Below, in pieces: positions 10,095-22,104 of a DNA stretch of 38,390 nt (position 1 is the first letter of the stretch; each line of letters begins with the position of its first letter). Under the pieces are notes generated by a model that was not told the origin of the DNA, did not search any database, and saw only the letters and a program-made list of their open reading frames with translations. This stretch comes from Octopus bimaculoides (taxonomy: Eukaryota): NCBI RefSeq assembly GCF_001194135.2, contig NC_068996.1, positions 38,672,566 to 38,710,955 on the forward strand, written 5' to 3'. The translations under genes were made by a program, and so were the position numbers.

Positions 10095-10283
10095 ATTTAA
10101 CTGGCCTTATTAGATTGTATTGTCTTTTTGAGGTTTTTTTCATTACATTTAATTGAAAAGCAATTAGTAATATTATATTATAGGGGACAGTGGTTCTATT
10201 CAACAAAGGTTGCATTGTCATTTGTATGCTGAGCTACTTGGATATTTTCAGAGTTGTTTGTCAGATTGATTTATTACTAAAGC

Positions 10284-10400
10284 AGGATTGGCCCATGTGG
10301 TAAGAAGTCTGCTTCCCAATCACATTGTCTTGGGCAAGTGTTCTACTTCAGCTTCTGACTGGTTAAAATCTTGAGTGGATTTGGTTAATAGAAACTAAGT
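10284..10400 (+). mobile_element. Degenerate SINE family A head
   Basis: gtggtaagaag..tgcttcccaa..cttgggcaagtgt..gagtggatttggt motifs. Confidence 0.55.
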
Positions 10401-11952
10401 CTATTATATGTCTGTTACTATTTGTTTTGCCTTGATTTTGTGATTTTTGTAAATGAATAATTTAGTAAGCATGATTTCAACCTTTTGTGAAAACCTGTTT
10501 TACCATGGAGTGGGGGGAATATCTTGCTTGAAAACAGGAAGGTCCAGCAGTTAAAATTCTGTTTGACCCATGTAAAAGTGGATGCTGTGTTTTAGAATTT
10601 TTTTTTGTTGCTCTGGACCTAAAACTTGTACGTACTTCGTCTCTCTCTGGAGCTACACTAAATTACTTACACTCTTACATTTTGGAAGTTTCTTTTAAGC
10701 TTAAATATTCAACACCCATCTGATGTGGAGGAATGCTTCCTATAGGTTATGAACTTTAATTCTTTCCTAGAAAACATGTTAGCTCTCTTACATTCTCTTC
10801 CAGTTTCTCCAAATTTCCTCTTAAAAGGGTTGAAAATAAGTACTAAGTCAGTCTAATATAGTTGTGAGTAAGCCAATCTATATTGATTAGTTAGTAAAAT
10901 ATCATGAGCATTATATATATAACTTTCACACTCTTGAGTTGAATCAAGACCATTTAAATTAAAACATATTTGGAACAAATATCAAGTTACTTTCTAAATT
11001 GACTTTATATGTTTTTTGCATTATGTCTCGAATGAAGTTTGGGACGTTACTAGGCTTGTGATCACAGCTTTTACATCTGTGTTGCTCTTTGCTTAGTGGT
11101 GTCCATTGTAAAATACTTTAGGTAAACCTGTTCAAAGTCTGTCATCCATAGCAGCCACTGAAAGCAAGGACTTGTTTTCTGGAGCATCATCCTGATGAAA
11201 CAAGACCCCCTTTCATAACTGCCTCTGCGGCTTGGCATAGTACTCTACAATTTGCTGTGACCCTTTTTGAAGATAACACTCATGCATCCCCAAAAACTAA
11301 GGCATTCAACTTTCCTTCAGAAGACATGTCACCCACTGAGCAGAGACATTTGTCATGCCAAGCTTGTATAGAATATTCTCAAATCTCACATGGTATGCTA
11401 ATAGCGATGGCTACTTGATTTATAATCGATTGCTTGTCATCACCATATGGTAAACCTTTTTATTTTTACCTTGGTGGTGGCACATGCAGGGTGTTCAGGC
11501 CTTGGATTATCTTCAAGACTCTTTCCTTCCCTGCCTAGACTCCTTGGCAGGAGGGGACTAAACAGTTTTTCTGCAGGTACTTGATAACACTATGCCAAAT
11601 TTTTTTTTTGTTCAAGAGAAGTTGTTACTAGTTACTTTTGAAGTCTTTGAACAGTCAGTTTACCTGGATAGAAACGTGTTATTAATAAGGGGGTGGGTTT
11701 GAAATTAATGCCTGCACAATTTCATAACTCTAGCGTCACTCATTCATAGTCAGCCTATGAACTTTTCAACCCACTCTCGTATAGCAGTTTTCACATAGGA
11801 GTTGCTTGCCAGATCACTTGGTTGCATATATTGGCAATGTTTCAGATTTTCATTTCATCAACTAGAAATGGTCTTGGAGCAATTATTCAAATCGTCCTTT
11901 CCTATCTCTGTTATACCAAACATCATTTATATGCAATCTCAATGATAGGCAC

Positions 11953-12645
11953 TAGGGTGGAGTGAAAAAAAATATTGTGGAAATTCCTGAGGACTAGAAT
12001 CTTGCTGTATTTGATTACTAGAAAATGCTTAAATTTCATGGAGATCAATCAAGGGCATTTACTCCCTCAAGCCCCCTAAATTCAAACTGGGACTTATATA
12101 AATTTTTACAATTTTATAGGCGCAGGAGTGGCTGTGTGGTAAGTAACTTGCTTACCAACCACATGGTTCCGGGTTCAGTCCCACTGCGTGGCACCTTGGG
12201 CAAGTGTCTTCTACTATAGCCTCGGGCCGACCAAAGCCTTGTGAGTGGATTTGGTAGACGGAAACTGAAAGAAGCCCATCGTATATATGTATATATATAT
12301 ATGTGTGTTGTCACACACACACACCCCCAACATCGCTTGACAACAGATGCTGGTGTGTTTACGTCTCCGTAACTTAATGGTTTGGCAAAAGAGACTGATG
12401 GAATAAGTATTAGGCTTACAAAGAATAAGTCCTGGGGTTGATTTGCTCGACTAAAGGTTGTGCTCCAGCATGACCACAGTCAAATGACTGAAACAAGTAA
12501 AAGAGTAATTGTGGAGTTTGGCTTTTGAGGGAGTAAATGCCCTTGACTAAGTGAAAATTTGGCGTTTTTCTAATAACGATATATGGCAAGATTTTAAGCC
12601 TCGGGCATTTTCAATTTCCACAATTTTTATTTTCATTCCACCCTA
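11953..12645. mobile_element. Long-TIR (about 120 bp) non-autonomous DNA element interrupted by a SINE
   Basis: Left arm TAGGGTGGAGTGAAAA...CAAGGGCATTTACTCCCTCAA (11953-about 12070) and its inverted copy (about 12525-12645, ending CCACCCTA). Confidence 0.7.
12119..12507 (+). mobile_element. Full-length tRNA-derived SINE, family A (CORE-like central box)
   Basis: tRNA-like head with A-box-like (GTGGCTGTGTGGT) and B-box-like (GGTTCAGTCC) motifs, then gcaccttgggcaagtgtctt, an internal TA/TG microsatellite, and a tail ending gactgaaacaagtaaaagag. At least six other aligned copies lie in the window. Confidence 0.9.
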
Positions 12646-12666
12646 ACACACGTGTGTGCTGGTATA

Positions 12667-12840
12667 TAGATTGTGGAGTGAAAATTTTAAAATTGTGGAA
12701 ATTGAAAATGCCTGAAGCATAAAATCTTGCTGTATATTATTTCTAGAAAAATGCTAAATTTTTGCTTATATCAGTCAAGGGCATTTACTCCTTCAAACTC
12801 TGCTATTGTAAAATTTACAAAAAACCCCCATTTTTCAGAG
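12667..12840 (+). mobile_element. Third, truncated copy of the same long-TIR unit, head-to-head with the previous element
   Basis: gtggagtgaaaa..attgtggaaattgaaaatgcc..aaaatcttgc..tcaagggcatttactcc is the reverse complement of about 12525-12640. Confidence 0.7.
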
Positions 12841-12978
12841 TTTAGAACTCCTGTATTTTCATAGGATGCATTTAGTTCATGGACATGTAGATATGATAGC
12901 CAATGATAAATTAATGTGCATTTAACTCCTGATTGTGAAATGTTACTGTTTTAAATCGAATTTTGTTTTGGATTACTA

Positions 12979-13194
12979 GTGTGGCCATTGCCAGTACCGC
13001 CTGACTGGGCTTCGTGCCGGTGGCACGTAAAAGCACCCACTACGCTCTCGGAGTGGTTGGCGTTAGGAAGGGCATCCAGCTGTAGAAACTCTGCCAAATC
13101 AGATTGGAGCCTGGTGTAGCCATCTGGTTTCACCAGTCCTCATTCAAATCGTTCAACCCATGCTAGCATGGAAAGCGGACGTTAAACGATGATG
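12979..13194 (+). mobile_element. 5'-truncated RTE-LINE 3' end (family B) with GAT tail
   Basis: ggcatccagctgtagaaactctgcc...catgctagcatggaaagcggacgttaaacgatgatg. The same tail is contiguous with RT-coding remnants at 20003-21058 and 31495-32870. Confidence 0.85.
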
Positions 13195-13237
13195 TATAGA
13201 TTGACAATAAACAGTCAAATATTCCTTGGATAGCTAT

Positions 13238-13415
13238 CCTTTGCATTTAAACTGGCCATATCCAGTCCAAATATTTTATTTTATATTCAAACTGGCTAGA
13301 TCCAGCCTCTCATTCTAAAAATAAACATGTCCTTGAAATCTCAAAGCTATGAGATTATGCTTGATTAATTCAAAACAACTAAGCATTATAGTTGAGAGTA
13401 ATCTGATCGAAAGGG
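13238..13415 (+). mobile_element. piggyBac-like MITE family P1, internally deleted copy
   Basis: Aligns to 6975-7170. Confidence 0.7.
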
Positions 13416-13442
13416 ATATATATTATATGTGTGTGTGTGTGT

Positions 13443-13657
13443 CCCTTTAGGATTTGAACCAGCCATGTCTGACAAATATTCTACCTGTTTTATGTTCAAA
13501 CTGACCAGATTTGGCCTCTTACACTTACCCTCTAATGTCATTCTAAAGATAAACAATCACATCCTTGAAATCACGAAGCTATGAGATAATGCATGATTAA
13601 TTGAAAACTGAATAAATAAGCATTACATTTGTCAGAGCAGCCAGGATGCTTAAGGCA
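13443..13657 (+). mobile_element. piggyBac-like MITE family P1, near full length
   Basis: Starts CCCTTTAGGATTT; body aligns to 6975-7170. Confidence 0.75.
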
Positions 13658-13909
13658 TTGACATCTGTTCAGTCAACTATACTCTTCCCCCATTGACTTC
13701 ATTGGAGCGATTCTTGTTTACATCAAATCCTATCAAACCATGCAACCCATACCAAGATGGAACACGGATGTTAAATGAAACTAAGCATAGAAAGAGACAA
13801 ATGTATATAATGGAGTTTTGGTGGGGGTTTCTATCTACCAAATTATACTCACAAGGCATGTCGACAAGACACTTACCTAGGATGCCAATCAGTAGGAATA
13901 AAACTAAAC

Positions 13910-14183
13910 CAGTGGTTCTCAGTGCTTCTACTCCCTTCAGGATTGTAGAAAGATCCAGGGGAGTGTTGAAGAAAATTGGGGTAATAATGTGGTGACTAAA
14001 AGGGGATGATGGATGTAAAAGAAACACCAAAATGATGGGTTAATTAGGTTAAGTTTTATTCATGAAATACAGTTGTTTTGAATTTGCTGCAGAAATTGAA
14101 TCGTTTGTGATGGTGGGGAGGGTGCTAGGAATGTGGCTTGGGTGCCAAGGGGATGGTAACCTGAAAAAGTTAGAGAACCATTT
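13910..14183. mobile_element. Degenerate hAT/Charlie-like MITE
   Basis: CAGTGGTTCTC at 13910 and GAGAACCATT at 14173-14182; no TSD. Confidence 0.4.
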
Positions 14184-14399
14184 TATTGCAAATTGGACTC
14201 TCAGCAATACCTGCACCTGAAACAAAAAAATGTACTGCAAACAATGAAAGAGAGATGAGGGTGGGGATAATGTTTGCTATGCACTAATGAATAAAAGTTT
14301 AGATTCTGTTTTTTGTTGTTTTTTTCCCCCCCCTTTTCTTACAGATTGGAAAAATTTGCTTTAGTATGCAGAATTTGTGCCTTCCATTCTCAGTTTAAC

Positions 14400-14850
14400 A
14401 CAAAGACTGACCTTCTTCTCCAGGATCAGAAAATACTTCTAACCACCAATTCCTAACCCTCTACAAAGCATACACAATCTCCACATTTTTGAGTCTTTGC
14501 TCAACAGAGCTGATTAGTCACCTGCTCTAGTGAGTGCACTTTCAACTTATTCAACCATCCATATTATATCCCTTCAGGAACTGCTATGGTTGTTGTCTCC
14601 TTGCATATTTTCCTGTTCAAGAGGAATATCAACCACATTTAACTTACCAGTGCAGACGGCCTGTAGAGTAGCAATGTATATATCTCTTACTACAATTAAT
14701 CCATTAAAAAGAAAAAAAAGAGCACCTATTCATCTGTATGACCCAGTACTACATCAGTCAGCTCGTCTCTAAATACACGATATCACAAGAATTGGACTAA
14801 CCTAGATTACGTTCATTTTTGAATGAAGCAAGGCATTTTCTAATGTAAGG
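14400..14850. mobile_element. Very old LINE RT-like remnant (tentative)
   Basis: Plus frame gives LTLYKAYTISTF, resembling the L..YKA..RP.LEY segment of CR1/L2 RT C-termini; the rest is too decayed. Confidence 0.25.
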
Positions 14851-15234
14851 GAGAAAACTCTAACCACTTCTATCATTGATTTCTGTTCTGTAGCAAAATC
14901 ACTTTAGCACTAAGGCCTTCGACTTAGAAAAAATTTCAACGAGATATCAAGAGTTAAAAAAATTTGATGAGCTAAAGGAAATTGCTGAAATAGGGCAATG
15001 TTAAAAATTGTGATGAGTTAAGGTATGATGCTTTAAGTGACAAAAACAAAAAATCGCTTTTGATTGAAATTTATTTCCTGAGTTGTAGAAAGAAAATAAA
15101 ATCTTGGTGGTATTTCTTAGCAACTCTTAAAGAGGGGAGATCATTATGGGAAAAATCTAATCTTTGCAGATCGAAGGGATATGTTTTGTTTATTGAACCC
15201 CATCAGCACAACAGTCTATTCAAGCCTGCTTGAA

Positions 15235-15590
15235 CCCTTTAGCATTTAAACCAGTCATATCTGACCTAAACATTTCATCTATTTTATGTTCAAACTAATC
15301 AGATCCAGCCTTTCACCCCTACCCTAAAATATTAAAGATAAACAATCACATCATTGAAATCTTGTGTGCTGACACCATGGAAAAAGCACCTGTTCCAGCG
15401 TTACAAAACCACCCATGCCAGCGTCATATAAAAAGCACCCAGTACACTCTGTAAAGTGGTTGGTATTAGGAAAGGCATCCCGTCATAGAAGCCATGCCAA
15501 TACAGATCAGTAGAGCCTGGTGCAGCCCTCCAACTCCTGTCAAACAATCCAACCTATGTCTGTATGGAAAAATAGATGTTGCATGTATAA
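15235..15590 (+). mobile_element. Truncated P1 MITE (15235-15362) joined to a degenerate RTE 3' tail (about 15363-15590)
   Basis: CCCTTTAGCATTT start, then aaagcacccagtacactctgtaaagtggttgg..aggaaaggcatcc..ccaacctatgtc..atggaaaa. Confidence 0.65.
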
Positions 15591-15903
15591 AATGCAAAAT
15601 ATTCTTTTTTTTTTTTTGTAGATTAGGTAGGCATAATTCGCTCCTACCTTTCAATCTCTGTATTTAAGCTACAAATAGTACTGCTGTAGTACACATACTG
15701 CATACACTTCTACAACATCATTTTATATACATGCTATAAAGGCAGAAATAAATCTGCCTTTAACTCAGTCACGCACCTATGTTTTGCTTATTTTTTGTGT
15801 GTTTTACAACATAAAGGTCACCAACTGCCTACTCTGAGTGATTACTGATGGCACATGCCGGGTATATACATATATATATATATTCATGTGCACATACACA
15901 CAC

Positions 15904-15941
<38 letters not shown>

Positions 15942-16659
15942 CTGGCACTCCAATGGTTATGATGACAAAGGTTCCAATTAATGGAACAAACTGCTCACTG
16001 ATACTATCAATTTAGAGGAGTAGCATTTTGCCATCATGCCTTCACACTTGCTTGAAGTTGGTTGATTTCATTCAAATACACACACAAATATACATACTTA
16101 TATATATCCATACATATACTGCTATATTTTTCATCTACTAGTTGTTGAGGCACTTTAAAATGTGTTTAGATTAAAATAATAGATATCTTTAGGATTTATT
16201 TATAATGCAATAAAGCAAATAGTAATAGTTTGGATTTTAAAAGTGCCAGACTCTGTGATTCTCTATGAAAATGCATGTCAGGTGGGGTTTTTTTTATTAC
16301 TATTCTATTTATTATTATTTTTTTTTTTTATAAAAATCTTGCACTCAGTTCTTATGGAAGACATAAACAGCTTACATGAAAAGTGCCACCTGGTGCACTT
16401 TGAAACATGTCAAAACAAAATATAGTGGTGATATTGTTTGTCTTGACATTTCTGACACCTGAAGTGAATAACACTACCCCATTCTTTTCCAGCTGTCAGA
16501 AAATGAGGAAGCCTCAATGTGATAATTAACTGCTTGAAATAACAGCCAAGTCTACCTCAGCATGCTGCTATCTAAAAAAAATTAAAGCCACATTGGACAA
16601 CATACTATAGCTTTAGTGTAGAAAAAAGACAGTATGTTCATAGCTAGAGTGCTTTTGAT

Positions 16660-17690
16660 AATAAACCTACATGATCAGTATGCGTTTTAGGTTCAACAGC
16701 AACTACAGTCATCTCAGTAATAGATGTTTGTTGACATGGAGAAGCCTTTGACAGGGTCCCTTGCTCTCTCATCAGGTGGTCAGTGCAGGTGTAGATGAAT
16801 GGACTGGAGAGAGCTGTTAGTAAGGTAAAAGTCAGCAACGAATTTAGTGTACAAGTAAGAATTTGTGAGGACTTGGTTCTCAAATCCCATATGATTATCA
16901 TAGTCCTCCAGGCCATATCAGAGGGATTTAAAAGTGGTTGCCCATGAGAAGTCCTCTATGCTGATGACCTTGTCCTTATAGTAGGATCTCTATTAGACTT
17001 TGAGGAAGATTTCAGGTGAGAAAGCAAAGCCTGGAATCAAAGAGCCTTAGAGTTAATTTAGCAAAGACCAAGGTACTAGTAAGCAAGAAAGCAGACAAAT
17101 TAGTAACCTTTTCAGGGAAATGGCCTTGCTCAATATGTAGAAAAGGTATTTCACTCAGAGTACTTAACATAAACTAAGAACACATAAAAAATGCTGTGGA
17201 ATCACAAGAAACTTGACAGACAGTATTCTTTGTGTGTGGCAAATATTCAGGAACTATAGACATTAAGAAAACATAGAAAATAGATTTCCTCTAATGCCAG
17301 GAGGATCCTAAGAGATAGTAGATAGTTTCTGTTACCTAGGTCATTAAATTGGCAGTGAAGGAGAACACTGAAAGCATAGTTGATAGAATAAGGACCAGCT
17401 GACCAAAGTTCAAAGAGCTGGTAACAAAGGTAGATTGTATAATGCTTGTGTATGAACAGCTATGCTACATAGTAGTGAAATGTGGCCTGTGAAGGCTCAA
17501 AACAAATGAAGCCAACGTGCTCTGCTGGATGTGCAATGTCAGTATGCATGCATGACAATGTGTAAATATGTTGGGAGAAAACTTGAGTATAAGGGGCATC
17601 AGCTATAACATGCAAAAGAGAAGATTGTGCTGCATATGAATGACGACAGCTGCATAAAAAAGTGCAAATTACTAAATGTGGAGGGAAACT
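16660..17690 (+). mobile_element. Decayed RTE-clade LINE reverse transcriptase fragment
   Basis: Motifs (L)EKAFDRVP at about 16737, LYADDL at about 16955 and GRLYNAC at about 17430; many stops and frameshifts. Confidence 0.85.
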
Positions 17691-17826
17691 GTGTTGCACA
17701 CTTACCCTAAAGTGTATGCTCTGTCATATTTTCACCATTTTCTCTCTCTTCTTTCTCCCTCTATATTTGTCTTCTCTGTCTTCTATATGTGTATATATAT
17801 ACATATATATATATATATATACATAT

Positions 17827-18215
17827 ATTCTTTTATTTATTTCAGTCGTTTTGACTGTGGCCATGCTGGAGCACCACCTTTAGTCGAGCGAATCGACCAT
17901 AGGACTCATTCTTTGTAAGCCTAGTACTTATTCTATTGGTATCTTTTGCTGAACTGCTAAGTTACAGGGATGTAAACACACCATCATCGGTTGTCAAGCG
18001 ATGTTGTGGGGACAAACACAGACACACAAACATATACATACATATATATATATGACGGCCTTCTTTCAGTTTCTGTCTACCAAATCCACTCACAAAGCTT
18101 TGGTCAACCCGAGGCTATAGCAGAAGACACTTGCCAAGGTGCTACGCAGTAGGATTGAACCCAGAACCATGTGGTTGGTAAGCAAGCTACTTACCACACA
18201 GCCACTCTTGCGCCT
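17827..18215 (-). mobile_element. Full-length SINE family A
   Basis: Reverse complement of 12119-12507 over the whole length. Confidence 0.9.
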
Positions 18216-18219
18216 ATAT

Positions 18220-18546
18220 NNNNNNNNNNNNNNNNNNNNNNNNNNNNNNNNNNNNNNNNNNNNNNNNNNNNNNNNNNNNNNNNNNNNNNNNNNNNNNNNN
18301 NNNNNNNNNNNNNNNNNNNNNNNNNNNNNNNNNNNNNNNNNNNNNNNNNNNNNNNNNNNNNNNNNNNNNNNNNNNNNNNNNNNNNNNNNNNNNNNNNNNN
18401 NNNNNNNNNNNNNNNNNNNNNNNNNNNNNNNNNNNNNNNNNNNNNNNNNNNNNNNNNNNNNNNNNNNNNNNNNNNNNNNNNNNNNNNNNNNNNNNNNNNN
18501 NNNNNNNNNNNNNNNNNNNNNNNNNNNNNNNNNNNNNNNNNNNNNN
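18220..18546. other. Assembly gap (327 N)
   Basis: N run. Confidence 1.
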
Positions 18547-18560
18547 ATATATATACATAT

Positions 18561-18930
18561 ATTCTTTTATTTATTTCAGTCGTTTTGACTGTGGCCATGC
18601 TGGAGCACCACCTTTAGTCGAGCGAATCGACCATAGGACTCATTCTTTGTAAGCCTAGTACTTACTCTATCAGTCTCTTTTGCTGAACCACTAAGTTATG
18701 GTGATATAAACATATTAGCATCAGTTGTAAAGCAATGGGTAGAGGTACAAACACAGACACACACATATATAATGGGCTTCTTTCAGTTTCCATCTGCCAA
18801 ATCCACTCACAAGGCTTTGGTTGGCCTGAGGCTTATAGCAGAAGACACTTGCCCAAGGTGCCATGCAGTGGGACTGAAACCAGAACCATGCAGTTGGGAA
18901 GCAAGGTTTTTACCACACAGCCACGCCTGT
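18561..18930 (-). mobile_element. SINE family A
   Basis: Aligns to family A; its first 104 nt are identical to 17827-17930. Confidence 0.85.
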
Positions 18931-18974
18931 ACCTTCACATGTTTGAGTATGTGAATAAATATACTTAAAATTTA

Positions 18975-19196
18975 TATTTATTTCTTTATTGTCCACAGGG
19001 GACAAAGACAGACAAAGGATTAAGTCAATTACATTGACCTCAGTATGCAACTGGTATTTATTTAATCAACCAAAAGGATGAAAGGCAAAGTTGACCTCGG
19101 CGGAATTTGAACTCAGAACATAACAGCAGAAGTGCAGAAGTAATACCGCTAGGCATTTCGCCCAGCGTGCTAACGATTCTGCCAGCTCAACCGCCC
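18975..19196 (-). mobile_element. tRNA-derived SINE family C
   Basis: Minus strand reads GGCGGTTGAGCTGGCAGAATCGTTAGCACGCTGGGCGAAATGCC...GAGTTCAAATTCCGCCGAGGTCAACTTTGCCTTTCATCC. Other copies at 19780 and 28346. Confidence 0.85.
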
Positions 19197-19779
19197 TATA
19201 ACCTAAAATTTATATCATTCTCCTTTTCTTTTCCTCTGCCTCCTCCTTTTCTCTTCCTCTCCTTCCTCTTCCTCCTCCTCATCATGGTTGTAATTATTTT
19301 TACCTCTGCTTTCCATGTTAACATGACACAATTAGGTTGCCACAGTTAATCAGCATTCATTTAAGTTGTATTGTTCACCTAGAATAAGTTAGCAAACCTC
19401 ATCTAGCTTTCTGCTTATTTTTTGACTACATTCCTATGGTTTGATACCTTTCTTCATACCAAAAATGCATTCAGATGGGTGGCTGTTTGCAACATCAGTG
19501 AATATCTTATTCACTGTTTCTTCTGTTGATATGCAATGAATTTTCACCCAGGTACATGGCTTGCTGAGAGTACATGCTATTGGAAAATCCAAAAAAAAGT
19601 TCACATGCATCTGGCATTCTCATTGGCCACTGCTGGGGTAATTTTCATGTCCTGATATTTATTGATTTTAATGCAGTGTGCCCATAAGAGATGTTATCTC
19701 AGACAAATACCACAATAACTTGCCTATCAACTGTGTATATACATTAAATTTAACATATAGATGCCTATCTTAATTTAAT

Positions 19780-19925
19780 TTCAAATTTTGGCACAAGGCT
19801 AGCAATATTGGGGATGAGGAGGTAAGCTGATTACATCGACCCCACTTCTTAACTAGTACTTAACTTATCAACCCTGAAATGATGAAAGGCAAAGTTGACT
19901 TTGGTAGAATTTGAACTCAAAGCAT
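19780..19925 (-). mobile_element. Partial SINE family C
   Basis: gatgaaaggcaaagttgac...gaatttgaactca is shared with 19077-19115. Confidence 0.75.
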
Positions 19926-20002
19926 AAAGTGGTTCTACTAGGCTATCTTAATTTAATACTATCTCAGTTGCATGTACTGAATTTACATATATCCATCCAT
20001 CC

Positions 20003-21058
20003 ATCATCATTATCATCATCTTCATTTAATATCCATTGTCAATGCTGGCATGGGTTGACCAGGGCTGGAAAGCTGGAAGGGTGCACCGGACTTCAGTCTT
20101 TCGACATGATTTCTATGGCTGGAAGCTCTTCCTAACACCAACCACTCTGAGAATGTAATGGGTGCTTCTATGTTTCACCAGTAGAGGTGCTATTTGTGTG
20201 ACAGCCTGGCATAATGCCAAATGGTCTCGGTCCTTGCCACCGTGAGGCCCAACGCTTGAATGGTGCATTTATGTGCCATTTATGTGACACCAGTATCTGC
20301 CACAACTGTGATTTTACTTGGCTTGACAAGTCATCTCCTCAAGTACAACATAAGGCCAAAGGTCTCAGTTATTGCCTCTGTGAGGCCTAACATTAGAAAG
20401 GAGCTCAACCACTTTGCCTCCATGAGGCTCAATGCTTGAAAGGCGTTTATTTTATTTTGCTACCTGCACAGGTGCCAGTTATGTGATACCAGCATCAGCC
20501 GGCTTGACAGGTCTTCTCAAGCACAGCATATCACTAAAGGTCTCGGTCACTAGTCATTGCCTCTGTGAGGCCCAAAGTTTAGAGATCATGCTTCATCACC
20601 TAATCCCATGTCTTCTTGAGTCTACCTCTACCACAGGTTCCTTCTACAGTTAGGGATCAACACTTCTTTACATAGCTGTCCTTGTCCATAAGCATTACAT
20701 GACCATACCAGTGCATTCATCTCTCTTGCACCCCACATCTGATGCTTCATATGCTTAACTTTTCTCTCGAGATGCTTACACTCTCTTGAACATGCACACT
20801 GACATAGCATACTGGCTTCATTTCTTTCAAACCTACACATGTCCTCAGTTGCACAACTAATGTTTCACTACCATGTTGCATAGCTATTCACACACAGGCA
20901 TCGTACAATTTGCCTTTCATTCTGAGAGAGAAGCCCTTTGTTGCCAGCAGAGGCAGGAGCTCTCTAAACTTTGTCTGGCCTAAACTTATTCTGACAGCTC
21001 TGCTCTTGGAACATCTACCTCTGCTACTAACTTGATCACCTAGGTAACGGAAGCTATC
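20003..21058 (-). mobile_element. RTE LINE 3' part (RT C-terminus, 3'UTR, CAT tail), left of the LTR insertion
   Basis: DSFRYLGDQVSSRGRCS...KFRELLPLLATKGFSLRMKGKLYDACV; family B tail with (CAT)n at about 20003-20040. Confidence 0.88.
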
Positions 21059-21170
21059 TGTAGTGAAACTACCTACCGCCATTAGATACAAAACTACTAT
21101 CGCCATTACATACAATCTTCTCATTTAAATATAAATAAATGCGAGCGTAGTAGAGAACCCATTCCTTGCC

Positions 21171-21316
21171 ATCACGTGACTGATTATTATTCGAATCGGC
21201 AACTTCTTCGAACCTTTCCCGCCAGAACGCAAACTGACCAATCACGGCCCCTAATAAGGTCACGTGATAGAGTAAAATTCTGAAGGCATTTGGAGCCCTC
21301 TTAACGCTATATATAG
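21171..21316 (+). promoter_or_regulatory. Pol II promoter-like module within the solo LTR
   Basis: ATCACGTGAC 21171-21180, CCAAT 21238-21242, GTCACGTGAT 21259-21268, TATATATAG 21308-21316; CpG retained. Confidence 0.55.
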
Positions 21317-21433
21317 ATCAACTCATACCCAATAATTGGTCTCGGTCCAGTTTCTCTTTGAGAACTGTTCCGTGTACCACACGACAGCAGCAGCAGTTCC
21401 AGCGACCACTTCAACAGCTTCGTCCAGCCAACA

Positions 21434-21761
21434 NNNNNNNNNNNNNNNNNNNNNNNNNNNNNNNNNNNNNNNNNNNNNNNNNNNNNNNNNNNNNNNNNNN
21501 NNNNNNNNNNNNNNNNNNNNNNNNNNNNNNNNNNNNNNNNNNNNNNNNNNNNNNNNNNNNNNNNNNNNNNNNNNNNNNNNNNNNNNNNNNNNNNNNNNNN
21601 NNNNNNNNNNNNNNNNNNNNNNNNNNNNNNNNNNNNNNNNNNNNNNNNNNNNNNNNNNNNNNNNNNNNNNNNNNNNNNNNNNNNNNNNNNNNNNNNNNNN
21701 NNNNNNNNNNNNNNNNNNNNNNNNNNNNNNNNNNNNNNNNNNNNNNNNNNNNNNNNNNNNN
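21434..21761. other. Assembly gap (328 N) inside the LTR
   Basis: N run. Confidence 1.
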
Positions 21762-22104
21762 CTCTCTGCTGTAATATTTCTCATACACACATGTATCACT
21801 CACATACACACTTTTCTTTGTATGACGGCCTGTCTTTGATTATGTTCTTATATGTCGCATTCACACTCACACACAGACATACATCTTTAACGCTACAATA
21901 AATATCTCTGTTATTCATCTAATACGGTTGTGGTCTTTCATTACTGGTCATCTATGTTATCGTCGCATAACATATCATGTATATCATCCATTGATATCTA
22001 TATTTGTATGTTCGACCGTGTGACACGTTTAAATAAAAGGAGTCCTCTGTTTTTCCATTCGTCACCATTTCTCCTTTTATGAGTTCGCACGGTCATCCCT
22101 TACA

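Larger units (their letters stand above)
8526..10115 (+). other. CNOT7: Probable CNOT7/8 3'UTR
   Basis: Repeat-poor AU-rich sequence after the stop; candidate AATAAA at 10089-10094; first SINE remnant starts near 10284. The true 3' end cannot be established without transcripts. Confidence 0.45.
21059..22104 (+). mobile_element. Solo LTR (Ty3/gypsy-like), about 1.05 kb including a gap
   Basis: TGTA...TACA termini; 4-bp TSD TATC (21055-21058, 22105-22108). Removing it restores the RTE frame LEVVDSFRYLGD. TATA box at 21308-21316; AATAAA near 21898 and 22034. Confidence 0.85.

Noticed and set aside
11192-11215. CTGATGAAAC as a possible hammerhead core
   Set aside because: No stem II between CUGAUGA and a GAAA, and no stem I complement.
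11950-11960. CACTA terminus suggesting a CACTA/EnSpm element for the long-TIR repeat
   Set aside because: The other end reads CCACCCTAACA rather than TAGTG and there is no 3-bp TSD; the superfamily is left unassigned.
12119-12200. tRNA genes at SINE heads
   Set aside because: A- and B-box-like motifs only, no cloverleaf, and always attached to SINE bodies.
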